Position numbers and translations under genes: made by a program. DNA of 64,000 nucleotides from an uncultured Gemmataceae bacterium (lineage in GTDB: Bacteria; Planctomycetota; Planctomycetia; Gemmatales; Gemmataceae). The notes under the pieces are model-generated. The model saw only the letters and a program-made list of their open reading frames with translations. It was not told the origin of the DNA and did no database searches. Location of the stretch: assembly GCA_963750165.1 (NCBI GenBank), contig CAVVPN010000011.1:1760001-1824000 (forward strand), given 5' to 3'. Shown piece after piece: positions 1 to 12,700 of this stretch (position 1 is its first letter; each line of letters begins with the position of its first letter).

Positions 1-575
1 CCGCCGCCAGGATCGGATCGAGTTTGCCTTCCTTGAGCCCCAGGCGGGCGACGCAGGCGAGCACCTCGTCCTCGGCGTACTCGTCGTCGCAGCTGGGCAG
101 GTAGCTGAGCAGCGCCTTGAGCGTTTTTTCGTGCAGCGCCACGGACTTCGGGGCGGTGCGCAGGCTCAGCAGCCGGGCCGCGGCCACGACCACCTCGGGG
201 GCGCGCGACCTGTCAATCTCCTTCAGCGCCAGCTCGATCCTCCTGGACGTATCCTTCGACGCCGTCGGCAACGCCTTCTTCAAATACGGCACCGCCAGCG
301 CGCCGCGTTTGATCAGGTCCACCTGGGCTCTGGCGGGCCACTTCACTGGCGGAGCCGAGCTGGCCGACCAGCCGCCGCAGGGTGGCGCGGTCGCTGTCGG
401 CGAGGGTGTAGCGGGCGAGCAACTGGAACAGGGCGTCATCGTTGGTGCCGAGCTTGGCCTGTTGCAGCGTTTGCTCGTCGGCCGTGCCGGGCTTCTGGGC
501 CGGCGCCTGCGTGGCGACGGTGGTGCCAAGAAAAGCAAACAGGGATAGGCAAACGTACAGGAAGCGGCGCACCAT
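1..575 (-). CDS. Secreted HEAT/PBS-lyase-like repeat protein (partial, runs off window start; frameshift near 330)
   Basis: N-terminal MVRRFLYVCLSLFAFLG signal-like peptide. The helical repeat-like sequence continues in another frame (ARAQVDLIKRGALAVPYLKKALPT..AAARLLSLRTAP). Confidence 0.55.
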
Positions 576-901
576 GAGAGGGCTCTCCCCCAAGCAACAA
601 AGTCGGCTCACTCCCCCCCAACATAAACGGTTCGGCGCCGAAATCCTAACGGATTCTGGAAGCGCCGGCCGGGGCAAGGCTTGCGTGGCGCGATCTGCGG
701 GTCATGCGAGTTGTTCGGGTTACGCCGTTGGCACCCGATGCAACGGATGTGTCGATTCCTCCCAATGTAGCGGCTGAGTGGGTCGGCGAACCTGCGAAGT
801 ATGTTCCGTGCAGGCAAGCGCTCTCGCGGGCGCCGCCTGGACTGGGTAATGGTGGTGCAATTGTTTCAACGATTTTCGGGGTTGGTGGGAAGGTGCAAAG
901 C

Positions 902-1843
902 ATGACAGCGGAAAGCGAACGTCCGCGAGCCCTGGTGGCGGTCAGCCCCGGCGCCGAGCCGTTGCTGCGGTCCCTGTTCGGCCGCGCGGCGCTGGCCGAC
1001 TGGGACCTCACCGTCAGCGACAGCAGCGAACAGGCCCGCTTCGTCCTGCAACACACCCCCCACGACGTGCTGCTCATCGACGAGAGTATGATCGAGCACC
1101 GGGGTGTGGACGCCCTGTCCTGGCTGGCCCGGCAGCACGAGGCGCCCGCCGTCTTGCTGGCCGGCCCTTCCAGTCGCCTGTGGGCGTACGCCTTCGAGCA
1201 CGGCGTCAACGCCTGTGTGCCGCGGCAACTGGGACTGGAGTACCCGAACCTGGTGGCCGCGGCGCTGCGCCGTGCCAGCCAGTCCGCCCACCTGCTGCGC
1301 GGTTACCGACAGGCGCGCGAAGGGTGGCACCAGTGCCGCCGCCAGGTCGATCGCCTGGTGGACCTGCTCTGGCGCGCGGTGCCGCTGGAGCAGGCGGGCG
1401 TCTGGTTGACACAGCGGCACATCCTGGAGCGGCTGCGCGACGAGGTGGCGCGGAGCGGCCGGCACGGCGTACCGCTGACGGTCGCCCTGGGCGAGGTGCA
1501 GGCCGAGGGCGAGACCGGGCCGGCCCAGCTGGCGGACTGGACCTCGCAGCGGATCGCCGGGGTCAAGCGCCGCTGCGACGTGGCCGGGCAGTACGGGCCG
1601 CATGGCTTCCTGCTGCTGATGGTCCATACGCAGGGGGAGGGCGGCGTCGCGTGCTGCCGGCGGTTGCAGAAGACCTTGCAACAGGAGCAGCCCCTCGGAA
1701 GCGGGCCGCCGCCGGTGCGGGCGAGCTTTGGCGTCGCCAGTTACTCGCCGCGGTACGACACCCTGCAGGCGCTGCTCGGCGGCGCGGAACAGCGGTTGGA
1801 GGCGGCCCGGCAGGGGACCACCGGGGGCGTCGTCGCGGATTAA
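902..1843 (+). CDS. Response regulator receiver plus degenerate GGDEF domain protein
   Basis: REC-like DVLLIDES. GGDEF fold motifs (LTVALGEV, RRCD, ASFGVA) are present, but GPHGF replaces GGDEF. Confidence 0.75.
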   Translation: MTAESERPRALVAVSPGAEPLLRSLFGRAALADWDLTVSDSSEQARFVLQHTPHDVLLIDESMIEHRGVDALSWLARQHEAPAVLLAGPSSRLWAYAFEHGVNACVPRQLGLEYPNLVAAALRRASQSAHLLRGYRQAREGWHQCRRQVDRLVDLLWRAVPLEQAGVWLTQRHILERLRDEVARSGRHGVPLTVALGEVQAEGETGPAQLADWTSQRIAGVKRRCDVAGQYGPHGFLLLMVHTQGEGGVACCRRLQKTLQQEQPLGSGPPPVRASFGVASYSPRYDTLQALLGGAEQRLEAARQGTTGGVVAD

Positions 1844-1868
1844 GGTAGCACGAAGCTGCGCTGCCTGC

Positions 1869-2651
1869 TCAAAACCGCCCGCGCCGCCGCTCCTTCGCCG
1901 GCAGCACCTCCAGGCACGTCGTCCACCAACCCGTACGCACCGTCTCCACAAATTCCTCCGGCAGCCCTTCGTCGCGCATCTCGCGGGCCAGCCGTTCATG
2001 ATCGTAGGCCACCGGCACGAACTCGACGCGCAGTTCGGGGCCGGCCTCCAGCAGCGCGTACCAGACGTTGGTGCGGCCGTCGTTCTCCGGCCGGCCGAGC
2101 ACACCGACGTTCACGAAATGCCGGCCGCCGCCCAGCGTCCGGTGCCACTTGATGCCCGTGTGCGTCGCCAGGATCACATCAGTGTCATGGGTGTGACACA
2201 GGTGCTCCAGAAAGTGTGTCGGCGTCGTCGATTCCCACAGGAACTCGTTGACGCGCCGCGGGCTGCCGTGGCACAGCAGCAGTCGGTGGCGGCCCAGCTG
2301 CAAACGGCGCTGCGGTGGCAGTGCTTGCAGCCAGTCGCGGTGGGTCACGCTGGTGTGGCGGAGCGTGTAGTCGTAGCTGATCTGGGCGAAGTGGTTGTCG
2401 CGCGGGTCGGTGTAGCCGCACTGGCAGTCGGCCAGGCCGTTGCCGATGGAGTGATCGTAGTTGCCCTGCAAACACTGGACGCGGTGCTCGTGCAGCAGCG
2501 GAAACACGCGATCCGGAAAGGGGCCGAAGGCGCCGAGGTCGCCGAGACAGTACACGGCGTCGGCACCGCGGCGGCGCACGTCCGCCAGCGCCGCGGCCAG
2601 CGCCAGGTAATTGTTGTAGACACCGCCGAACACCGCCAGTCGCTCACGCAT
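1869..2651 (-). CDS. Metallophosphoesterase (calcineurin-like) with DCQCGY insert
   Basis: Motifs GGVYNN, CLGDL, GNYD, CHGSP, THTG, NVGVLG. The start overlaps the radical SAM stop. Confidence 0.8.
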   Translation of the reverse strand: MRERLAVFGGVYNNYLALAAALADVRRRGADAVYCLGDLGAFGPFPDRVFPLLHEHRVQCLQGNYDHSIGNGLADCQCGYTDPRDNHFAQISYDYTLRHTSVTHRDWLQALPPQRRLQLGRHRLLLCHGSPRRVNEFLWESTTPTHFLEHLCHTHDTDVILATHTGIKWHRTLGGGRHFVNVGVLGRPENDGRTNVWYALLEAGPELRVEFVPVAYDHERLAREMRDEGLPEEFVETVRTGWWTTCLEVLPAKERRRGRF

Positions 2652-3561
2652 CGCGCCGGCCCCCCGACGGGTTGGCGCACAGGGCGCCGTGCTGGTAACA
2701 GGTGTAGCACGCCCGGTGCCGCAGCCGATACGGGCCGAGACCATCCGCCAGCGTCGCCCCCAGCGTGGCGTCCGGCGCCTCAATCAAGATCGGGCAGACG
2801 TGGACGCCGCGCTCCGTCACGATGCGGCTGTGCTGGCATAGCAGCTTCGATTGGTCGAAGTCCATCAGCATTTCCGCGGTGACGCGCTCGTCCGGCTGGT
2901 AGCCGCGCTGCCGTTGCACTTCCGCCCCGAGCCGCAGCGTCGGCAGCAATTTCAGGCGCGGCCGGTCGTAGCCCTGTGACCGCAGCAGTTCGACGAAGCC
3001 CGTGAACAGCGCCGCGTCGTCCTGGTCGTCGCGCGTGCGCGTCACGGTGACGATGGGCAACACGCCGTACCGCACCAGCTGGCGGACACCGCGCAGGATG
3101 CGGTCGAAGGTGCCGGGGCCGCGCACCGGGTCGTTGTCCGCCGCGGTGAAGCCGTCCAGCGACACGCGGATTTCCAGGCTGTAAGGCGACGCCTCCTCCG
3201 CCCGCCGCAGCCGCTCCAGCCAGGCGTCCTGCAACACGGTGCCGTTGGTCAGCACGGTTGCCGGGCCGTAGCGCAGCGTCAGTTCCAGCATGTCCACCAA
3301 ATCGCGGTGCAGGAACGGCTCGCCGCCGGTGAAGTAATACTCCTTGACGCCGAGCGGCACCGATGCGTCGAGAGTGCGCCGCACCATCTCCAGGTCGAGG
3401 AAGCCGAACGTGTGGTTGTGCGGGCTGCAACTGATGAAGCAATGGCGACATTCGAGATTGCATAGCGTGCCGGTGACCTGAAACCACAGTTCGTCCAGGT
3501 GGCCGAGCGCCACGGCTGGGCCGTCGGGCAGCGGGTCGATGAGCGGCAGCGGCGTGGTCAT
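2644..3561 (-). CDS. Radical SAM protein with Cys-rich C-terminus
   Basis: CNLECRHC (CxxxCxxC), FTGGEP, LTNG, C-terminal C..CPIL..HRACYTC..C. Confidence 0.88.
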   Translation of the reverse strand: MTTPLPLIDPLPDGPAVALGHLDELWFQVTGTLCNLECRHCFISCSPHNHTFGFLDLEMVRRTLDASVPLGVKEYYFTGGEPFLHRDLVDMLELTLRYGPATVLTNGTVLQDAWLERLRRAEEASPYSLEIRVSLDGFTAADNDPVRGPGTFDRILRGVRQLVRYGVLPIVTVTRTRDDQDDAALFTGFVELLRSQGYDRPRLKLLPTLRLGAEVQRQRGYQPDERVTAEMLMDFDQSKLLCQHSRIVTERGVHVCPILIEAPDATLGATLADGLGPYRLRHRACYTCYQHGALCANPSGGRRDA

Positions 3562-3587
3562 GGTTCAGCGCTTCTTCCGCAAATACT

Positions 3588-3615
3588 CCCCTCTCCCCCT
3601 GCAGAGGGAGAGGGG
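3588..3615. repeat. REP-like hairpin CCCCTCTCCC..GGGAGAGGGG
   Basis: Inverted repeat between the flavoprotein and radical SAM genes. Confidence 0.6.
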
Positions 3616-3625
3616 CTTTCGATGC

Positions 3626-4870
3626 TCAGCGTTTCTTGTAAAGGTCGAGGCCAGGCTGGCCGGTGATGAGCGTGAACACGTCGCGCACCTGCTCGAAGCC
3701 GGTGCGCAGCAAAAACGTCGAGCCGCGGCCGTAACTCTTCTGACCGAGGATGAAAAAATTCGGCTCGGGGTTGCGAAGCACATCGGGGCCGCAACTCGCC
3801 TGCTTCAAACAATCGTCGCTGCGCTGGCCGAGCAGGGCGGCGGCCAGCTTCATCGGGCCGAGCGACGCATAGCACTCGTGGACCTGCAATTCGCGATACA
3901 GACCGGTGTGCGGCGTGTAGCCGACGTTGGCGATGACGCGCTCGACTTCCCAGGTTTTTAGCTGGCCCTGACAGCGGCCCTGCACCTTGAAGCCGCGGTC
4001 GGGGCCGGGGCAGTCGATGGCGTCGATGGCGCACTGCGGATGGAATTCGACGTTGCCCTCGTTGCGCGTCGCCAGGGTGTTGGCCCGCAGTGCCAGGCGG
4101 TCACGCTCGCGCAGTGGGTCGTTGGCGAAGCGCGCGATCGGCTGCGAACGGACGCCGCGCGCCAGCCAGATCACCCACGTTTCTGGCTGCGTTTCCGCCA
4201 GGGTGGCCAGGTCGCAAACCGTCGTCGCCGCGGAGTAGCCCGCGCCGATGACCAGGACGTTCCGGCCCGCGTAGTGTTTGCGGCGCTCGCCGAGCACGTC
4301 TTCCAGGCCGTAGGCGAGGTGCGGTTCCGCGGCGGTTTCGCCGAGCGCCGGGATGCCGCCGTCGCCCAGCCAGCGGTGCTGACCGTAGGTGCCGGTGCAG
4401 TCCAGTACCACGTCCGCTTCCTCGACGCTCTCTTTTTTATCGGGTCCGCGCAGCAGCAGACGGAACGGCTGTTTGCCGCGCCGCGCGTCGCCGGGGGCGT
4501 CCTGCTTCAGAAAACCCTGGCGGCCGACGTGCAGCACCTCGACGCCGATGCGGAGGCAGCCGCGCAGCGCGTCGGTCCGGGCGAGCGGTTGCAGGTACTG
4601 CTCGGCGTGCTGTTTGGCGGTGACGCAATCGTCGTCGCCGGGGAAGTCGTGGCGGGCGTGTTCGGCCAGGATGGCGGCGCGGCCGAGCGGTGTCGTGTTC
4701 ATGCCGAAGGGGCTGAACAGCCGCACGTGGCCGAAGCGCTGCCAGTGCTCGGCGACGCGGCCGCGCTCGTAGACGGTCACGGCCAGGTCGAGCCGGCGGG
4801 CGTACAGGGCCGCTTCCAAACCGACAGGGCCGGCGCCCAGCACGGCGACACGAGTGTCCTTGCGCGGCAT
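3626..4870 (-). CDS. FAD/NAD(P)-dependent oxidoreductase (flavin monooxygenase-like)
   Basis: GAGPVG FAD motif, GHVRLFSP, DCTG, GAGYSA NAD(P) motif, GQKSYGR..FLLRTGFEQVR. Shine-Dalgarno AGGAGG before the ATG. Confidence 0.85.
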   Translation of the reverse strand: MPRKDTRVAVLGAGPVGLEAALYARRLDLAVTVYERGRVAEHWQRFGHVRLFSPFGMNTTPLGRAAILAEHARHDFPGDDDCVTAKQHAEQYLQPLARTDALRGCLRIGVEVLHVGRQGFLKQDAPGDARRGKQPFRLLLRGPDKKESVEEADVVLDCTGTYGQHRWLGDGGIPALGETAAEPHLAYGLEDVLGERRKHYAGRNVLVIGAGYSAATTVCDLATLAETQPETWVIWLARGVRSQPIARFANDPLRERDRLALRANTLATRNEGNVEFHPQCAIDAIDCPGPDRGFKVQGRCQGQLKTWEVERVIANVGYTPHTGLYRELQVHECYASLGPMKLAAALLGQRSDDCLKQASCGPDVLRNPEPNFFILGQKSYGRGSTFLLRTGFEQVRDVFTLITGQPGLDLYKKR

Positions 4871-4892
4871 GACGCCTCCTTGATCCAAAAAC

Positions 4893-5003
4893 AATTCACC
4901 ACAAAGACACAAAGAGACACAAAGAAGAAAACAGGGGAAGAAGAAGTTTGGCATTCACGGTGTTGTCTTTCCTTTGTGATTCTTTGTGTCTTTGTGGTGA
5001 GTT
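4893..5003. repeat. Long inverted repeat, TCACCAC(A/G)(A/G)AG family
   Basis: TCACCACAAAGACACAAAGA ... TCTTTGTGTCTTTGTGGTGA. Related copies at 28703 and 35606. Confidence 0.75.
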
Positions 5004-5036
5004 ATTTTTCACCCTCCTTTGTAGCGCTGCCGTCCA

Positions 5037-5464
5037 CTACGGCTCGCGGGCCGTCAACTTCAGGTCGCCGAGGTCGCCGCCGTTCTTGCTCTTCCAGACG
5101 CAGGTGATGACATCCAGTTTAGCCGAGACCGTCCCCTCGAACACGCCGTTCACGTCAGCGGCCTTGGTCGGCTCGGACAGCGTGAAGGAAATCTTGCCCG
5201 CCTTCAAATCGATGCGGCCGGTCGCCTTCTCCGTCAGGTCGTACGGCTGATACGTCTGCTTGCCGACGAAGGTGATGACGCCGTCCTTCTTGACCGCCTT
5301 CTCGATCACCAGCGTGACCTCGTAGGGGCGCCGCCACCGCGCGTCTCGTAGAAGCCCTTGAACGCGCGCGGCAGTTGCTGGTTCGCCCCCTGTTGCGCCG
5401 GGGCGGTGAGGACCGCGGCCGTCAGCACGGCGACGACGGTCAGTGCCAGACGTGGTGCGACCAT
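5037..5464 (-). CDS. Small secreted hypothetical protein (frameshift near 5330)
   Basis: Signal-like MVAPRLALTVVAVLTAAVLTAPA joins the ORF at 5037-5309. Confidence 0.55.
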
Positions 5465-5564
5465 TGGCGTACTCCCTGGAAAGGATTCGGGGTACCGGGA
5501 CGCCTTTTACAGTAGCGTGCGCACCACGCCGCCGTCAACCGGCAGGAACCCGGCATGATGCCGT

Positions 5565-5601
5565 TTACGTTTCGCGCAGTCGGCGTCCGCGCGAAACGTA
5601 A
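5565..5601. terminator. Hairpin, likely terminator of the upstream minus-strand gene
   Basis: TTTACGTTTCGCGC-loop-GCGCGAAACGTAAA just past the stop at 5623. Confidence 0.5.
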
Positions 5602-5622
5602 ACGGGTCTCGGGTGGTGCCGT

Positions 5623-6279
5623 TCAGCCCTTCTTGATCTCTTTCCCTTCCACCTTGTCCTTCACCTTGATCACTTTCCCTTCCACCTTGCCCTTCACCAC
5701 GCAAACGACGATGTAGCCGTAATCGTTCCACCAGCACAGCACCTCAACGGTCGTTCCCTTGATGTGCGTCAGGTCGAGGTTCATCCCGTCCCTGGCATCT
5801 TGCAGGGACACCGGATGCCCCTTGCCGCCCAGGATTTTTTCCACCTCCGCCAGCGTCTGGGAACCGTTGTCCTTGATCCTGGCGAAGTTGGCCCAGGACA
5901 CCTTGCCGTTCGGTTTGCCGGACAGGAACGCGAGGCGATCCGGGCTTTTGATGGTCTTGGACACCAGTTTGTCGTCCAGGAAAACGCCGATGGCGAACCG
6001 ATTGCCGTCCCCCCAGCGCAGGATCTTGACCTCTTTCCCCTCTGCCTTGATCCCGATGTCCATTTTTTCGAGGTCTTCCGCGCTGAGTTCCTTCCCGCGT
6101 TTGCCCAGGAGTTTCTCCACCTCCGCTCGCGTCATGTGCTCCTTGACCCTGCTCCACTGCGCCTTGGTGGGCGCATCAGTCCCGCCGCCGCGGGCGACGG
6201 TACTCAGGCCCAGCGCAACCAGCAGGGACAACACCAGGCCATACGTGCTCGAATGCCGAACCATGAAGCGTCTCCTCAT
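5623..6279 (-). CDS. Secreted hypothetical protein with a duplicated SmpA/BLIP-like domain
   Basis: Signal peptide and two internal repeats (MTRAEVEKLLG / QTLAEVEKILG..W). Confidence 0.6.
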   Translation of the reverse strand: MRRRFMVRHSSTYGLVLSLLVALGLSTVARGGGTDAPTKAQWSRVKEHMTRAEVEKLLGKRGKELSAEDLEKMDIGIKAEGKEVKILRWGDGNRFAIGVFLDDKLVSKTIKSPDRLAFLSGKPNGKVSWANFARIKDNGSQTLAEVEKILGGKGHPVSLQDARDGMNLDLTHIKGTTVEVLCWWNDYGYIVVCVVKGKVEGKVIKVKDKVEGKEIKKG

Positions 6280-6339
6280 CGTTGGGAATGGATGTCGGGG
6301 CCCACGAAGCCACCGGGGAAATGGTACCGGCCCGGCCGG

Positions 6340-7235
6340 TCAGTCGCCAGCAAGAATCTGCCGCAAGTGGAAGTGGTGCGGCCCCAACTTGCCGCCGTAG
6401 TTGCCCGCCGTCACCTGCACGACGCCCGGCCCACACGCCCCGCGCGCGCCACGCGCATCGCCTGCGCTACCGCCGCCGCGTCCACGCCGTCGATCACGAC
6501 CTCGTACACCGCGTTGACGCCCTCGGGCAGGGCGGTCTTCACCACGCCGCGCAGCGTCGGGCAGTAGGCGTCGTTGGTGCTGGCCCGCAGTTTCTGGTAG
6601 CGGCTGCCGACCTTGCTGCCGCTGCGCACCACGCCGCCGGGGAACGGCAGGATCACGCCCGGCACGGCGCGGATCGCCGTCACCGCCGCCTCCGCCGCCG
6701 CCAGGCCCACGTCCTGGCTCGTCGCCAGCAGCAGGAAGTTGCCGCCCGCCACGCCCTTGACCGTGCCGAACACGTCCTCACACAGAAACTCGCCGTCCAT
6801 CACCGGCAACCGCCAGAAGCGCCGGCCCTCCAGCTTCTTGCTGAACTGGAAGCCGTCGCCGAAGAAGCGCAGGTTGCCGCCGACGCGGAGGGACTTCTCT
6901 TTGACGATGGGCAGGTCGTTGTAGCAGGCGGTGGTGGGGCAGGTCAGGATGCACTGGCCGACGCGGTTGATGACGGCCTTCTGTAGCGCAGCGAGGTTGA
7001 AGGCGAACAGCAGCAGGCTGACGCCGGGGCGGCCGTCGGGGGTTTCGCTCGGGGAAAGGGTGCGTTCGATGCCGGCTTCCGCGTCGCAGCCGATGACGGA
7101 GGCGGCGTAACCGGTGGTGACCTGGCCTGCTGTCTGCGCCCAGGCGGCGGTTGCGGCCGTGACGACCAGGCGCGTCGCGGTCATCGGAAACGCTTCCGCG
7201 AAGGTGTCGTCAATGACCGTGTCGTGCAGGGTCAC
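6340..7235 (-). CDS. fhcD: Formylmethanofuran--tetrahydromethanopterin N-formyltransferase (frameshift near 6445)
   Basis: [54 protein letters not shown]. The C-terminus [10 protein letters not shown] lies in a shifted frame ending at 6340. Confidence 0.93.
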
Positions 7236-7278
7236 CCGGCGCCTGATGAGGTTGAAACGAGGTGGTGGAAGAAGTTAG

Positions 7279-7351
<73 letters not shown>

Positions 7352-7416
7352 AATATCGTCCTTCTTCCGCTGAGTCCGTCAATTTGTGTGTAGAACGGAA
7401 TCAACTCACACTCTTA

Positions 7417-7445
7417 AAAGTATTCCTGCGGCGCGGAAATGTCAA
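7417..7445 (-). promoter_or_regulatory. Sigma70-type promoter for tRNA-Ala
   Basis: TTGACA-17 bp-TACTTT on the minus strand upstream of the tRNA. Confidence 0.6.
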
Positions 7446-7617
7446 CCCTCTCGTTCCCACACTCGGCGTGGGGGGCTGCCCGCACTACGAAAGGCCGCGG
7501 GAATCGGGTTGCCGGGCAACGGCCGGGGGTGGAAAATGGAGGCGTTGCTCGCCCCGAAGTCGCCGATGGCAGCGGACCACACTTCCACGAGGCCGGCGCG
7601 ACCGGCGAAGGCCGACC

Positions 7618-11011
<3,394 letters not shown>

Positions 11012-11021
11012 AGCCAGCCGG

Positions 11022-12077
11022 TCACCGCCACGGATCAATGGCGTACTGAATGCCCTCGCTCCGCTGCAACCGCTGCATGGCCTCCGCCAGTTGCTCCAGC
11101 GGCAGGCAGTCGCTGACGAGCGGCCCCGGTGTCAGGACGCCCTCCAGCAAGAACTCCCGCGCCTTCGCCACGTCGCGCGGTGAGAAGTGGAAGCTGCCCA
11201 GCAGGCGAACCTCCTCGTAGTGCAGCCGATAACTGTCCACCGGGAACGGCGTGCCGCGCGGCAGACCGCCGAACAGCACCACCTGACCGAACGGCAGCAC
11301 CGCATCAAAGGCCGCCTGCCAGCCGGCGAGATGGCCCGTACATTCCAGCACCAGATCGAAGCGCCCCGGCGGCGGCACCTGTTCCGTCAGCGGCGCCTCG
11401 GTCACGTCATGCACCGCGGCGGCGCCGAACTGTCGGGCCAGCTCCAGCCGTCCGGCCCGCCGTCCCGCGGCGACGCGCTCCGCCTGCGTGTAGTGCGGCA
11501 GCAGTTGCAGGAACAGCAGCCCCATCGCCCCGAGGCCGAGCACCAGCACCCGATCAACGCCGCGCCAATCGACCAACTCCAGGGCATGCACGACACACGC
11601 AAGCGGTTCGAGCAGTGCCGCGTGCTCGGGCCGCAGTGACTCCGGCCGCGGGAACAGGTTCTGCCGCGCCACCGGCCCCGGGATGCACAGGTACTGGCCG
11701 AAGGCGCCGAGGACTTTTTCGCGCATCACGTCCGGGCACAGGTGCCAGCGCTCCTTGCCGCAAAATGGGCAGTCGAGACAGGGGGCGCTGTGGACGCCCA
11801 TGACGGGCTGGCCGATCTCGAACAGCGGCGCCTGCGGTCCGAGACCGGCGACGATGCCGGCGTAGCGGTGGCCGAACGGGCCGGGCATGGGGATCTGGGG
11901 ATGGCCGCGCACGAACGCCTTGCGGTCGGTGCCGCCGACCAGCGCCCGCTCGATGCGCAGCACCACCTGACCAGCCTCGGGGCGCGGCAGCGGCACGTCG
12001 CGCAGTTCGACGTGGCCCGGCGCTACCAGGAAGGCGGCCCGCTGCGTCTGGTCGCCGTGCTGCGGCGGAAGGGACAT
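11022..12077 (-). CDS. Zinc-binding MDR alcohol dehydrogenase family protein
   Basis: Structural Zn motif CLDCPFC..C, EPLAC, GLGAMG Rossmann motif. Catalytic Zn motifs are atypical (VGGTD, GHRY). Confidence 0.8.
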   Translation of the reverse strand: MSLPPQHGDQTQRAAFLVAPGHVELRDVPLPRPEAGQVVLRIERALVGGTDRKAFVRGHPQIPMPGPFGHRYAGIVAGLGPQAPLFEIGQPVMGVHSAPCLDCPFCGKERWHLCPDVMREKVLGAFGQYLCIPGPVARQNLFPRPESLRPEHAALLEPLACVVHALELVDWRGVDRVLVLGLGAMGLLFLQLLPHYTQAERVAAGRRAGRLELARQFGAAAVHDVTEAPLTEQVPPPGRFDLVLECTGHLAGWQAAFDAVLPFGQVVLFGGLPRGTPFPVDSYRLHYEEVRLLGSFHFSPRDVAKAREFLLEGVLTPGPLVSDCLPLEQLAEAMQRLQRSEGIQYAIDPWR

Positions 12078-12316
12078 GCGTTACCTTTCGGCACGGTCGG
12101 GGTGGTGGTTGCTCCCGGGACTACCACTGGGAACCGCAGAGAAAGCGTCATTCTAACAGCGCGGTGGACGGTTGACACGGTGGGGCAGTGGGTGGCGTTG
12201 TCTGTCAGAGCAAGGGGGCCAAGGAGGCCAAGGGGGCCAACTTTTTCACACGTCGAGATTCGGCGCCCTGGCTGACCTTTGGGCGGGACCGCCGGCTTGC
12301 TACGATGATCGGGGAA

Positions 12317-12385
12317 ATGATGACCCCTACACTCCGCGAGCCGACCCATGCCATCCTGGACCACCCCGACGACGATGCGCCGCCG
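12317..12385 (+). pseudogene. Truncated TIGR02996-like N-terminal fragment
   Basis: GGGGA-ATG followed by ..AILDHPDDDAP, cut off at the stop codon of the convergent coxD-like gene. Confidence 0.45.
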
Positions 12386-12694
12386 TCACTTCAGCCCCCA
12401 CGGGTCCACCCAGCCGCGCGACAGATAATCCGTCATCGTGTAGCCGATCAGGATGAACAGCCACAGCAGGCTGCCCAGCGCCACCACCCACGTCAGCCGC
12501 GTGCTGTAGTAGACGTGCATGAAAATCATGACGACCAGCATGGCCTTGGCGCTGGCGATGGCCAGCCCAAGTACCAGGTGCCACGCCGGCGCCAGCGGCA
12601 CCGTCGAGAGCCCTACCGTCAGCACCGTCAGCGCGATCAGCGCCGCGAAGATCAAATAATATGTCCGCACTGTTGGTTGCTGATGCTCGGCCAT
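12386..12694 (-). CDS. Cytochrome c oxidase subunit IV family protein
   Basis: Three TM helices, AKAMLVVMIFMHV motif, last gene of the cox operon. Confidence 0.85.
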   Translation of the reverse strand: MAEHQQPTVRTYYLIFAALIALTVLTVGLSTVPLAPAWHLVLGLAIASAKAMLVVMIFMHVYYSTRLTWVVALGSLLWLFILIGYTMTDYLSRGWVDPWGLK

Positions 12695-12700
12695 GATGCG

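Noticed and set aside
6411..6445. Ftr ORF ending GRASCR, which resembles a translated Illumina adapter
   Set aside because: The DNA is not the adapter sequence, and the true Ftr C-terminus continues in the shifted frame.
6340..7235. Methanogen-type ftr as evidence of archaeal transfer or methanogenesis
   Set aside because: H4MPT/methanofuran C1 genes are a known ancestral feature of planctomycetes.
12212..12240. AAGG(G/A)GGCC 9-mer repeated three times
   Set aside because: Too short, with a single occurrence in the window, to support any functional claim.
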